Below are positions 45,025-54,562 of a stretch of DNA of 64,000 bases, piece by piece (position 1 is the stretch's first letter; every line of letters begins with the position of its first letter). This stretch comes from Bryobacterales bacterium. Lineage in GTDB: Bacteria > Acidobacteriota > Terriglobia > Bryobacterales > UBA6623. The stretch covers positions 21,366-85,365 of the forward strand of contig JAPPMC010000172.1 of assembly GCA_028819235.1 (NCBI GenBank), written 5' to 3'. Under the pieces are notes generated by a model, which worked only from the letters and a program-made list of their open reading frames with translations, was not told the DNA's origin and made no database searches. Both the position numbers and the translations under genes were made by a program.

Positions 45025-47755
45025 CGGTGTGGTACCGCTGGAAGCGCGGCGCCGAAGGGTCTAGTGCCACTAGGTTCACCCACTGGTTGTGGAAGAGAGT
45101 TTGCAGGATCTCGTGCTTGCGGATGATCGCCGAGATCCTCTCGATCGGGGCTTCAATGATGGCCAGCAGGCGCATCGGCTCGTGATACCTGCGCTGGCCG
45201 TCGATTACGCCCTGCACAGGAAGGCCGCCGCGCAGATCGCTCTGGCTACCCAGCATGACACCAACGCCACCCACGACGTTGTGGATGACTTTGCTTCCGC
45301 TGCCGTACTTCCAAGGAGAGACCGCGGAGAAGTAGTACTCCGTGTTGATCCATTCTCCGACAATCAGCGGAGCGGTCATGATCTTCTCCAGATCCTCCCC
45401 CTTGGTGTCCGCAATCGGATCGTACGAGTGCAGGAAGACGCGCGACTCCAAGTTCAGGCCGAGCGTACGCGCTCGACGGCCGATCAGGAACGCGGCGTTG
45501 CTCGAAAGCCCCCATTCCGGGCGGGGGTTGGCCCAGTCGACGCTGCGGGATAGCGCGTGCAGGGCCGCTCCCCGCGGCCTTAGCGGCCCTGGGGCTCCGG
45601 GGATCCTACGCAGTCGCTCTGCCGCTTGGTGCCCCGTGACCACAGCCAGATCGCGGTCGAGGGCGCGCAAGTCTTCCCTGTGGCTGGCGGGAACATCTTG
45701 GCGGTCGTAGAATGTGACCCGGTCCGTCGTGGTGTCGTGCTTTCCCGCCACGAACCACACATCCTCGGGAATCGGCTGCCCGCGCTCGGCCAAGATGCGC
45801 CGCACCCTAGGGTCGTTGGCCATTCCAACGAAGGCCCGAGCGTTCGGGTCGCCGTGCGCCCCGCCGCATGCCCCGCAGTTGTACGCGGCAGCGTATGGGT
45901 TGTTCTCCGACTCCGCGCCGTGCCCGCAGGCGACGATGATCCGCCCCAACCCGCGCGTCAGCCCGATCATGCGCAGGCCACCGCCAACCATGGCCGCCTG
46001 CTCTTCGAGCGTGAACCCCACCGGTGGCTTGACCGGAGCATCCGACGGATCGGCGGACACGCGGGTCTGCACACCGCCGTCGAAGCGCCGGCGCATCCAT
46101 CCGAGCAGCCGCGCGTACGCGGACTGGGCCAGCGTCCGGCCGAGCAGGCCGATGCTGAAGAGAGCGCCGACGGCGTCGACCAGCACGAAGGCACCGAGGG
46201 GGCTCTGCTTGAGGTCGTGAAACAGCGTGTCGCGCAGCCTGCGCCAGCGGGTCCCGGATGCATAGCCTCGCAGGGCGCCCTCCTGACCACTCCGCACCGC
46301 CTCGTTCACGGTCTTGGGAGGCTTGAGAAGAACGGGGCACAGTGCCAGCCGGTCCTCGCTGTCGAAGGCCTGGTGGCTGATGGGCACTCCGAAGAATCCT
46401 GCGTAGCCGAATGTCTCGTAATTCCCCTGCTTCTCCAGGTGGCGGCGGAACGGCTCGGATCGGGCGTCAATGCAGAAAATCATCTGCGCAGCGGGCCTTT
46501 CCCGGCCGCTGACGTCGGGTGGCCGGTGAGCCGCAAAGCGCCGCAGGAAGCGGACGCGGAAGGAATCCTCATAGGCCTCGAGCCAGATCGGGCCCTGTCC
46601 CCCTTCTGGTAGGCGGTGGGCGTAGCCAAGGAGCGCCTCCGCACCCTTCGCCGACAGGGCGCGGATCTGGGCGGGTGCCAAGTTCAGGGCGGTAGCCAGC
46701 GCGTACAGCTCGCCGACCGAGCCCGTGCATACGGGGAACTCCTGGGGACCGGCGGCGTGAATGCAGGCGCGGACCGACGGCAGCAAGGGTTCAGACGCGT
46801 CCCCTCGCTCGGCGCAAGCGGCGCGCACGAATTCCGTCTCGTAGAAGAGGCGGACTGCGAGATACTCGACGACATCCGCCGGATGCTCCGCCTGAGCTGG
46901 ATACGTGGGGTTCTCGCTCCTCCACCGCAGAAAACCCGTCCATCCGGGGAGTTGCGCAAACGCGCGGGTCTGGTAGTCAAACCAGCGGTCCTCGGGAATG
47001 CCCAGCACACCGAGGGACCGGTGCACAGCGTCCGTGGCAGATTCCGGGAGGGCATCGATCTTGGCCACCGCACCCAAGATGCCGGCTAAGCGGTGTCCCG
47101 GATCCGTTCGCGCGAGAAGCCGCCAGCTGCTGTAGAACCCACATTCGCGGCCAGGCATTTGCCAGCCCGCCAATCCCTCGTCGAGGAACGCCGCAATCCA
47201 CTTGATCATCTGGCCGTCGACGGACTCCACAACCGAAGTTCCGACAGACCGGTCAAGCCAATCTCCAAGAGTGTGCGCGGGCGGCAGGTCGCCGCTGGGG
47301 ACACCCTCCGGTTCAGGGTCAATCTGGAGGCACACCGCCTCGACGGCCTCGAGCAGTTCGGTACGCCCCTCTCGGCTGGCGGACCATTGCAACAGCGAAC
47401 CGCTCAATGGCTTTACACCCACGGTCAGGGCTCCCCAGGCCACGTCGCGAGGCGAGAGGATTCGGTTGCCAGCCCTGACGGAAGGTCCGTCCAGGTCTGG
47501 CCCGAGGCGGTCCAGAGCGCTGCTCAGGCTCTCCGCGCGAATCCTCCCCTGGCGCCAGAACTCCCGGAACTCGCCGTTGGACAGGTACCCCCGACCGCCA
47601 ATGGTCGCGGAAGCCTCGCGGACGGCGTCGTCAAACGGCAGGAACTCGAATCCCCGCAGGGGGTTTCGGTACGCGAACGTGCGCAGCGGCCAAATCTGCG
47701 CAGCAGACCGGCAAGCATCGACAATCTGGCCGCGGAGGTCCGTATCTTGGCTCAT
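44984..47755 (-). CDS. dabA: DabA (DUF2309/UPF0753) putative inorganic-carbon pump subunit, beta-carbonic-anhydrase-like
   Basis: 923 aa. The N-terminal WPLRTFAYRNPLRGFEFLPFDDAV is the hallmark DUF2309 start. FCIDARSEPFRRHLE (Cys428-x-Asp430-x-Arg432) and GHGAESENNPYAAAYNCGACGG (His612, Cys627) reproduce the Cys-x-Asp...His-x14-Cys Zn-site pattern described for DabA. Confidence 0.9.
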   Translation of the reverse strand: MSQDTDLRGQIVDACRSAAQIWPLRTFAYRNPLRGFEFLPFDDAVREASATIGGRGYLSNGEFREFWRQGRIRAESLSSALDRLGPDLDGPSVRAGNRILSPRDVAWGALTVGVKPLSGSLLQWSASREGRTELLEAVEAVCLQIDPEPEGVPSGDLPPAHTLGDWLDRSVGTSVVESVDGQMIKWIAAFLDEGLAGWQMPGRECGFYSSWRLLARTDPGHRLAGILGAVAKIDALPESATDAVHRSLGVLGIPEDRWFDYQTRAFAQLPGWTGFLRWRSENPTYPAQAEHPADVVEYLAVRLFYETEFVRAACAERGDASEPLLPSVRACIHAAGPQEFPVCTGSVGELYALATALNLAPAQIRALSAKGAEALLGYAHRLPEGGQGPIWLEAYEDSFRVRFLRRFAAHRPPDVSGRERPAAQMIFCIDARSEPFRRHLEKQGNYETFGYAGFFGVPISHQAFDSEDRLALCPVLLKPPKTVNEAVRSGQEGALRGYASGTRWRRLRDTLFHDLKQSPLGAFVLVDAVGALFSIGLLGRTLAQSAYARLLGWMRRRFDGGVQTRVSADPSDAPVKPPVGFTLEEQAAMVGGGLRMIGLTRGLGRIIVACGHGAESENNPYAAAYNCGACGGAHGDPNARAFVGMANDPRVRRILAERGQPIPEDVWFVAGKHDTTTDRVTFYDRQDVPASHREDLRALDRDLAVVTGHQAAERLRRIPGAPGPLRPRGAALHALSRSVDWANPRPEWGLSSNAAFLIGRRARTLGLNLESRVFLHSYDPIADTKGEDLEKIMTAPLIVGEWINTEYYFSAVSPWKYGSGSKVIHNVVGGVGVMLGSQSDLRGGLPVQGVIDGQRRYHEPMRLLAIIEAPIERISAIIRKHEILQTLFHNQWVNLVALDPSAPRFQRYHTDATWEPLEFSEAA

Positions 47756-47798
47756 GCTTGCGGCCTTTGGTCGGGGCTCACGCGCATCAGCCGACTAG

Positions 47799-49382
47799 CT
47801 AGCGTACTTTGCGCACGCGTGCGGCCGCCGGGTCACCCGACAGCGGACGGTGCTCATCCAACCCCTGCACTACTAGCTTAGATCCATCCGCCTCGAACTC
47901 CTTGGCCGTGTCCGCGATGCGGTCCATCACCGTATGGTCGACCAACCTTGTGCCCGAAAGATCCAACGTCACTTCCGGACGGCCCTTCAGGCCGGCCAGC
48001 CGCTTCTTCAGGCCAATCCAGGTGCTGAACACGGCAGCACCCTGAACCGCCACGGTCGCCCCTGTAGGGGTCTCCTCCACCGCAGCGCGCAGCCGGAACA
48101 GCGAGCCGACCGGCGCGCCGTTTATGACGTGGATCAGTGCCTTCACCAAGATCCCGATGGCGATGCCCGACAGCAAGTCGGTGGCAAGCACGCCGAGGAT
48201 CGTTGAAACGAAGATCACCAGCTGCTCGCGGCCCACGTGGTACATGTGGGCGAACTCTTTGGGAGAAGCCAAGCGGAAGCCAGTAAACACCAGCATTGCC
48301 CCGAGCGCGGCGAGGGGAATCTGGTTGATCAGGCCCGGCGCGAGCGCAACGAAGACCAGCAGGAATAGCCCGTGGAACATGTTGGCGAAGCGAGTCTTGG
48401 CGCCGTTGTCAATGTTGGCCTTGCTTCGCACGATCTCGGAGATCATCGGCAGGCCGCCCACGAAGGCCGCGAGCGTGTTGCCGACGCCCACGGCCAGAAG
48501 GTCGCCGTCGTAGTTCGTCTTCCTGCGGTAGGGGTCGATCTCGTCGACGGCTTTGGCGCTCAGCAGGGACTCAAGGCTGCCGATCAGAGAGAAGAGCACG
48601 ATGTACTGAACCCCAGTGGCAGTCAGCACCCCAGAAAAGTCCGGGAAGGTTAGGGCGCCGAACATGTTGCTGGGAACATTGACCAGGAACTCGCCGCCGA
48701 GCCCGTAGCGCATGCCCATAGGGACGGCGAAGATCAGGACGATGACCGGAGCGGGGATGGCCCCCAGCAGCGGAACGCGCTTCAGGAGGGGGAAGCCGAA
48801 CAGCAGCACGAGGCTCACGATCCCGATCAGACCCACCTGAGGGTTCATCTCCATCACGAACGTTGGGATCTTTGCGAGCAATTCCAAGGGAGATCCCTCG
48901 TTGCCCAAACCCAGGGTGACCGGGACTTGCTTGGCGATGATGATCACGCCGATCGAGGCCAGCAAGCCGTGCACGGCCGCACTCGGGAAGAACTCCCCGA
49001 GGATTCCAGCGCGGAATACGCCAAAGAGGGTCTGGATCAGACCCGCGACCACGCCAACCCCCAGTGCGAGTCGGTACGCCTGGAAGTCGGCGGCCGGATC
49101 GCGGCCGGCTGTGAACCCGAAATCGGTCACGCACCCGATCGCTATTACGATCAGGCCAGCCGCGGGGCCCTTGATCGTCAGTTCCGAATTGCTGAAGAAT
49201 GTCGAGAGGACACCGCCGATGATGGCGGTGAAGATTCCTGCAATCGCGGGGTAGCCGCAAGCTAGGGAGATGCCCAGGCAGAGCGGCAGTGCAATAAGGA
49301 AGACGAGGAATCCCGAGAGTAGGTCGGACCCCCAGTATCGGCGAAGGCCGGCGGCGTTTCCGACTGGTTGCGCAGTTGTCAT
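47799..49382 (-). CDS. SulP family inorganic anion (sulfate/bicarbonate-type) transporter with C-terminal STAS domain
   Basis: 527 aa. SulP blocks (DLLSGFLVFLIALPLCLGISLACGYPAIAGIFTAIIGG; VGNTLAAFVGGLPMISEIVRSKANIDNGAKTRF). STAS-like tail (VAVQGAAVFSTWIGLKKRL...TLDLSGTRLVDHTVMDRI). Its stop lies 43 nt upstream of the dabA start. Confidence 0.9.
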   Translation of the reverse strand: MTTAQPVGNAAGLRRYWGSDLLSGFLVFLIALPLCLGISLACGYPAIAGIFTAIIGGVLSTFFSNSELTIKGPAAGLIVIAIGCVTDFGFTAGRDPAADFQAYRLALGVGVVAGLIQTLFGVFRAGILGEFFPSAAVHGLLASIGVIIIAKQVPVTLGLGNEGSPLELLAKIPTFVMEMNPQVGLIGIVSLVLLFGFPLLKRVPLLGAIPAPVIVLIFAVPMGMRYGLGGEFLVNVPSNMFGALTFPDFSGVLTATGVQYIVLFSLIGSLESLLSAKAVDEIDPYRRKTNYDGDLLAVGVGNTLAAFVGGLPMISEIVRSKANIDNGAKTRFANMFHGLFLLVFVALAPGLINQIPLAALGAMLVFTGFRLASPKEFAHMYHVGREQLVIFVSTILGVLATDLLSGIAIGILVKALIHVINGAPVGSLFRLRAAVEETPTGATVAVQGAAVFSTWIGLKKRLAGLKGRPEVTLDLSGTRLVDHTVMDRIADTAKEFEADGSKLVVQGLDEHRPLSGDPAAARVRKVR

Positions 49383-49682
49383 GACTTTGGGCCCATAGAT
49401 TAGCGCAGTTGGACAGGACCGTCCGGGTGTGACCGCCTCGGTCGCGTCACGACCATCGCCCGACTCCTAGCCGGACACCCGAGTCCCCCAGCGCGAACCG
49501 GGCCGAAAGTGACGGGGGCCGAACCGGATCTCCGGCTCCCTCATTCGGCCGACTGCCCGCAAAGTCCGCGGCGATTGGGCCGGACCGTCCGGCTACGTGC
49601 CGTGGATTCCCAATCGGCCGCCGTCGCGCCCCAAGGCGCGCCCCTGCGGCACCGGCGTTCCAGCGTTGCGCAGATATGGTCC

Positions 49683-51092
49683 TCAGCGCGGCCTCCAGTT
49701 TGGGTGGGGCTCATGCGCCCGTTCCATGGCTGCCTCGATCTCGCGGACGACCTCTGGGTGGTTCCGCGCAAGGTTGTACTTCTCCAGGGGATCCCTCAAC
49801 ACGTCGTATAGCTCAAGCCGGCCCGTCAGCATGGGTCGCCGCACACCCTTCCACTGTCGCAGCCGAACGGCCTGTGCCGAGCCTGACTCGTAGAACTCCC
49901 AGTACAGGAAATCGTGCTGCTTCTGGCGAGCGGCCTCTCCCAGAAGCGTGGGGGCGAAGCTAACCGAATCGTGCCCCGCAGGGAGTTCGGCTCCCGCGAG
50001 CTCGGCGACGGTCGCCATCAAGTCACCGAAGTATCCGATGTGGTCCGAGGTGTGTTCGGCCCCCACTGTACCCGGCCACCAAGCCAAAAAAGGCACTCGA
50101 ATCCCGCCGTCGTAGAGATCCCGCTTGATACCCCGCAGGCTCCCGGACGGGTTGAAGCGAACCAAGTCGTGGTTCGACTCATTGTGGGGACCGTTGTCCG
50201 ACGAGAACATGACAAGTGTGCTGTCCGCGATGCCCAGTTGCTCCAAGTGGTCCATGAGCACGCCTACATCTCGGTCCATCCGGGTGATCATGGCCGCTTG
50301 GCCCTTGTCCGGGGCCGGCCAGTCCACATCCTCGTAGATCCCGTGGTCGGGAACCTCCGCACCGTCCCCGGTCCCGCGCGTTCCCTCGTTGTTGGCATGG
50401 GGGATCGTCAGCGCCAGATACAGAAAGAAGGGGGTCTGTCCTCTCTTGCCGATCCATTGCAGGGCCTCGCGCATGATGACGTCGTGCGAGTACTCATTCC
50501 GCTCCGTTGCCCAGCCCCCGTGGAAGCCACCGTAAACCCGCTCCACTCGCTGGACCGTGTTGCGCAGCAGAACTCGATCGAGGCCGCTCCATAGGAATTC
50601 GGGATAGTAGTTGTGAGCGTGGACCTGATTCAGGTAGCCGAAGAAGGTGTCGAAGCCCTGCTTCAGCGGATGGCCCTCAAGTCCCACCTCGCCTAGGCCC
50701 CACTTGCCGAAGAGCGCTGTCTCATACCCGGCGGACTTGAGCACCTCCGCGACCGTGACATCTGAATCCCGCAGCGACTGGGCCGTCATGTCCGGGCCCG
50801 GCGCGTTGCCCCGCACATGGGTGTGGCCAGTGTGCTGCCCCGTCATCAGCACGCTGCGAGACGGTGCGCAGACCGTAGCTCCGGCGTAGAACTGCATAAA
50901 CTTCAGGCCTTGGGCCGCCATGCGGTCCAGATTCGGGGTCTTGATCACCCGCTGGCCGTAGGCTCCGAGGTCGCCGTATCCCAGGTCGTCCGCCAGAATG
51001 AAGATGACGTTCGGCGCCCCAACCGACGGCAAGCCGACAGCTGCCCCGGCGAGACCCGAGAGCAGTGCGCAGGCACGGAGCAAGTACTGCAT
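49683..51092 (-). CDS. Type I sulfatase (arylsulfatase family)
   Basis: Signal peptide. NVIFILADDLGYGDLG. Canonical CAPSR motif (GATVCAPSRSVLMTGQHTG). Later blocks (HANNEG, VMFSSDNGP). Confidence 0.9.
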   Translation of the reverse strand: MQYLLRACALLSGLAGAAVGLPSVGAPNVIFILADDLGYGDLGAYGQRVIKTPNLDRMAAQGLKFMQFYAGATVCAPSRSVLMTGQHTGHTHVRGNAPGPDMTAQSLRDSDVTVAEVLKSAGYETALFGKWGLGEVGLEGHPLKQGFDTFFGYLNQVHAHNYYPEFLWSGLDRVLLRNTVQRVERVYGGFHGGWATERNEYSHDVIMREALQWIGKRGQTPFFLYLALTIPHANNEGTRGTGDGAEVPDHGIYEDVDWPAPDKGQAAMITRMDRDVGVLMDHLEQLGIADSTLVMFSSDNGPHNESNHDLVRFNPSGSLRGIKRDLYDGGIRVPFLAWWPGTVGAEHTSDHIGYFGDLMATVAELAGAELPAGHDSVSFAPTLLGEAARQKQHDFLYWEFYESGSAQAVRLRQWKGVRRPMLTGRLELYDVLRDPLEKYNLARNHPEVVREIEAAMERAHEPHPNWRPR

Positions 51093-51123
51093 GTTGTGCT
51101 AGTCCTCCGGACGAATCCAGATT

Positions 51124-54100
51124 CTACCGCCGCCGTCCAACGGGACCCCAGCGGGTGGCCTCCAAGAACGCAATCAGGTCCGCAAGCTCGCGGTGGCTGA
51201 GTTGCGCGTCCAGTCCGGAAGGCATCACTGAGACAGTCCCGGGGCGGATCTCGTCGATATCCGCCCTGGCGAGCTGCACACGCTCGTCGGCGTTGACCGC
51301 GATCAGCAGGTGGCTGTCGCTCTCCTCGACGACCACGCCGCTGACGCTTCGCTCCCCCGCCACCGCCACGATCGGCTCATAGCTGCGCACGAAGCTCGCG
51401 CTGGGATAGACGATCGCCTCCAGAAGATCCCTGCGGTCCCGAATCTGGCCAATGGTCGTCAGACCCGGGCCGACGTTGCCTCCCGCGTACCCTATCGCGT
51501 GGCATGCCAAGCACGCACCCTCCGTACTGTTGAAGACCGCCTGCCCCCTTTCGGCATCGCCAGGTTCAAGCTCTACCAGCAGATCCTCAAGCTTGCTCCG
51601 TTGGCCCTCGAGGCCGGCGACCTCGCCGACGAGCAGTCCGTCCAACTCGGCCCGGACGGCGGAATCGTACCGGGCTGTTGCGCGATCCGCTATGTCGGCC
51701 CTGAGATTGGCCAAGCCCGGGGCTTCCTGTAGGCGGGCGACCAAGCGGTCTCCCACATCACGATCACCGGACTGGGCGAAGGCCTCCACTAGTCCAGGAA
51801 GCTCCATGGGGCCAACTTCCGGCAGCAGGTCTGCGAGATCAAGCAGTTGCGACCTGTCCAGCGGCACACGCGAGAGCACTCGAGCGGCGGCAGCCCGCAG
51901 GTTCACGGGGCGGGATGCGAGCACTTGGTCAGCCGCGAGGTTGTACAGTTCTGTGTCAAGGCCGCTGACCGCTGGGGCACCGGCGTCCAACGCCAGAATC
52001 CTCACGCTCGCGTCCAAGATTCGGTCGTGCGCCACCTCGACTAGAGCCCGGTCGAGCTGCGGGTGGCCAGATTCTCCGCGCGGCATGCGGCGGGCCGCCC
52101 GAAAGGCCTCCTCTCGCGTGTCTTCCCGACCCAGCGCTGTGGCGATCGCCCCGGGCCAAGACGGCGGCGCTGTCTCGAGGGACGCTGCGGCCATAGCTTC
52201 CAGTGCCGTCTTGGATGCCTCCAGACGAGCACTTGGAACGGCGGAAGAGGCAATTAGGTCCTGGACAGTCGGGTCTGCCGCGAATCGCTTGAGTAGCCCG
52301 ACCAGTTCGGCGCGTCCATCCCGGCCGACAGAGTGCAGGCGGTTCCGGAGATAACCCGCGAGCAGGCGTCCCCATTCCGGATGGCGGCCCGCGATCCAGC
52401 GCGCTGCTTCTTCGACAGCTGGATCCCGAGACTCCAAACGGGTCAGGACGCGCCGACCGGTTAGGGCCTGCGACCGCATTTGGTCGAGGGCGATCATGGC
52501 GGCTCTCTCGGTGGCCGCGGAACGCCCATCCAGACCCGCAGCTGTCGCTCGCGGGTCCGCGATCTCGATCAGGGCGTAGATCAGGGAATGCGTCAGCATC
52601 TCGTCGTCCAGGCTGTCGGAAGTGGCGTCAAGCAGCGGCCCCACCGCACGGCTATCACCGATTCGGCCCAACGCCTCGGCCGCACCTCGTCGCACACTGG
52701 CGGCCTGGTCCGACAACAGTCCCGCCGCCGCCTCGAAGGCCCCGCCGTCGCGATGCAGTGCCACCGAGTGCAGCGTCGCAAGGCGGACAGCAGCGGAACT
52801 GTCCGAGAGGCCCGCGCGGACGGTAGTCCGGGCTCCCTCAGTGCCAATCCGCGTGAGAGCCCAGACGGCATTCAAGCGGGCAACTTCGCTTCCCGAGGAA
52901 AGCACTTCATCCAGGGCGGCCAAGTCACCGGCCTTCGCCAGTTCACGGACAGCCCGGTCACGGACCGCGGGGCGCTGGTCATCAAGTAGGTCCGCCAAAC
53001 CGGCAGCCGTCACGCGGCTCCAGTCGATCTGGGAGCCGCGCGGGTCGGGTGGGGGTGAGGCGCCGCCGCGCCGGACGCGGTAGATCGCCCCTAACACGTC
53101 CGGCTTCTCCATCTGCGCGGTCGGACAGCACAGCTTGTACCAGGCCCCGGTGTCGACCACAAGCAGGCTTCCGTCGGCGTCTTCCATGACGTCTGTCGGA
53201 TGGAAGTCCCTGCTCTCGGACACCAAGAAGTCCGAGTCCTCGGTGCGGAACGTAGCCCCTTCGGGCACAAGCCGGTGCGAGGTGACCTTACGCAGGTTGA
53301 AGGCAGTCGCAAACAACCGACCCTGGTAGTCTTCGCCGAAGACCGAGGATGCGTACCGGGCCAGCCCAACGGTCGCGGCACTACCCATGTCCGTCATCAC
53401 CGGGAGCAGGCCTCCAGTCATGGGATGGCCGTCCGTGACGCTGTGGGCCTTGCCGTAGACGCCTCCGTACACCGCGTGGACGATTCCGTCCCGCTTTCCG
53501 AGCTGCGGATGGTGCAGGAACGTCGACGTCAGGAAGCGCTCGCCGTCAGGGGCGAACGCAACTTCGACTGGATTGTCCATTCCGCCGGTCAAGACCACCT
53601 CGACAGGACCCCCATCGACTCGCCGCCGGAAGATGTGCGCGGCCCTCGTCACGAGCGGCTCGCGGCCGGGGCGCTCGTAGGTCTGCTCGGCGAAGGCTCC
53701 CTTGGTCCAGTAGATCCGCCCGTCCAGTCCCAGATAAGGACCGTGCAAGTCGTTAGCGCAGTTCGTGAGTGTCTTGCCGTCGAACCACTCCTCACGGCGA
53801 TCGGCAACTCCGTCCCCGTCAACGTCCGTGAGCTTCCAGATGATCGGCGGCGCCGCTACGTAGACGGAGCCCTCGTGCCAGAGCACGCCCTCTGGGAGCA
53901 TCATTCGGTCGGCGAACACGGTGCGACGGTCGTACTTGCCATCCCCATCCAGGTCTTGAAGCTGCAGGATGCTGTGCGGCTTCTCCGACAGCTGCGTCCG
54001 AACATCGTCGTTCGAACCGGAGGACTCCGCCACGTACAGCCGGCCCTCGTCGTCCATGTCCACGATCATCGGTCGCTGCACGAGCGGCGGGCCCGCCGCC

Positions 54101-54216
54101 ACTTCCACCGAGAAGCCCTCCGGAACAGTGATGCCGGCAGGTACGCGGCTGCCAGAATCCGAGCAGCCGACCAGCAGCAAGGCAATGGCGAGGGGGGAGG
54201 CGGACGGGAATCTCAC
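51124..54216 (-). CDS. PVC-type heme-binding CxxCH protein (membrane-bound-dehydrogenase-like beta-propeller + HEAT repeats + C-terminal cytochrome c), probable lipoprotein
   Basis: Propeller-like N-half (DDEGRLYVAESSG, DGDGKYD, DGDGVADR). HEAT-like repeats (VRDRAVRELAKAGD..., VRRGAAEALGRIGD). C-terminal CLACHAIGYAGGNVGPGL. Start proposed at the GTG at 54216 (GGAGA 4 nt upstream), giving M-RFPSASPLAIALLLVGCS (lipobox-like LVGC). The track ORF runs to 55011 through AT-rich intergenic DNA. Confidence 0.85.
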   Translation of the reverse strand: MRFPSASPLAIALLLVGCSDSGSRVPAGITVPEGFSVEVAAGPPLVQRPMIVDMDDEGRLYVAESSGSNDDVRTQLSEKPHSILQLQDLDGDGKYDRRTVFADRMMLPEGVLWHEGSVYVAAPPIIWKLTDVDGDGVADRREEWFDGKTLTNCANDLHGPYLGLDGRIYWTKGAFAEQTYERPGREPLVTRAAHIFRRRVDGGPVEVVLTGGMDNPVEVAFAPDGERFLTSTFLHHPQLGKRDGIVHAVYGGVYGKAHSVTDGHPMTGGLLPVMTDMGSAATVGLARYASSVFGEDYQGRLFATAFNLRKVTSHRLVPEGATFRTEDSDFLVSESRDFHPTDVMEDADGSLLVVDTGAWYKLCCPTAQMEKPDVLGAIYRVRRGGASPPPDPRGSQIDWSRVTAAGLADLLDDQRPAVRDRAVRELAKAGDLAALDEVLSSGSEVARLNAVWALTRIGTEGARTTVRAGLSDSSAAVRLATLHSVALHRDGGAFEAAAGLLSDQAASVRRGAAEALGRIGDSRAVGPLLDATSDSLDDEMLTHSLIYALIEIADPRATAAGLDGRSAATERAAMIALDQMRSQALTGRRVLTRLESRDPAVEEAARWIAGRHPEWGRLLAGYLRNRLHSVGRDGRAELVGLLKRFAADPTVQDLIASSAVPSARLEASKTALEAMAAASLETAPPSWPGAIATALGREDTREEAFRAARRMPRGESGHPQLDRALVEVAHDRILDASVRILALDAGAPAVSGLDTELYNLAADQVLASRPVNLRAAAARVLSRVPLDRSQLLDLADLLPEVGPMELPGLVEAFAQSGDRDVGDRLVARLQEAPGLANLRADIADRATARYDSAVRAELDGLLVGEVAGLEGQRSKLEDLLVELEPGDAERGQAVFNSTEGACLACHAIGYAGGNVGPGLTTIGQIRDRRDLLEAIVYPSASFVRSYEPIVAVAGERSVSGVVVEESDSHLLIAVNADERVQLARADIDEIRPGTVSVMPSGLDAQLSHRELADLIAFLEATRWGPVGRRR

Positions 54217-54441
54217 TGGGTCTCCGGGGATCGTTTGCACTAGGCCGCACGAGGGGCCCTGCGCGGCGACCATGCTAGCGCCACAAGGCATCGGCTGCCA
54301 AGGCCGGAACGGCCCGACGTCCCGATGGAGCGCGGCGCGTACCCCGATCATGCGAACCGTACGGCCCCTGGGGACCCTCCCCACGGCCAGAGCTCGACAA
54401 TCTGTATAGATCAAAAAACGAATATAAAAGCAGGTGTCAAC

Positions 54442-54471
54442 GTGATATTCTGTAGTAGTGTGGAATATAAT
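54442..54471 (+). promoter_or_regulatory. Candidate sigma70-type promoter in the AT-rich divergent intergenic region
   Basis: A perfect TATAAT at 54466-54471, with GTGATA (4/6 match to TTGACA) 18 nt upstream at 54442-54447. It lies about 90 nt upstream of the ORF at 54563. Assigned by eye only. Confidence 0.3.
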
Positions 54472-54562
54472 AGAATCACACAACGTGATCCATGCTAAAA
54501 TCTCGAAGTGATAGCACCAGAGTCCTGTCTGTCGTGCCCACTTCCGAAGGAGGGTTTGTTCC

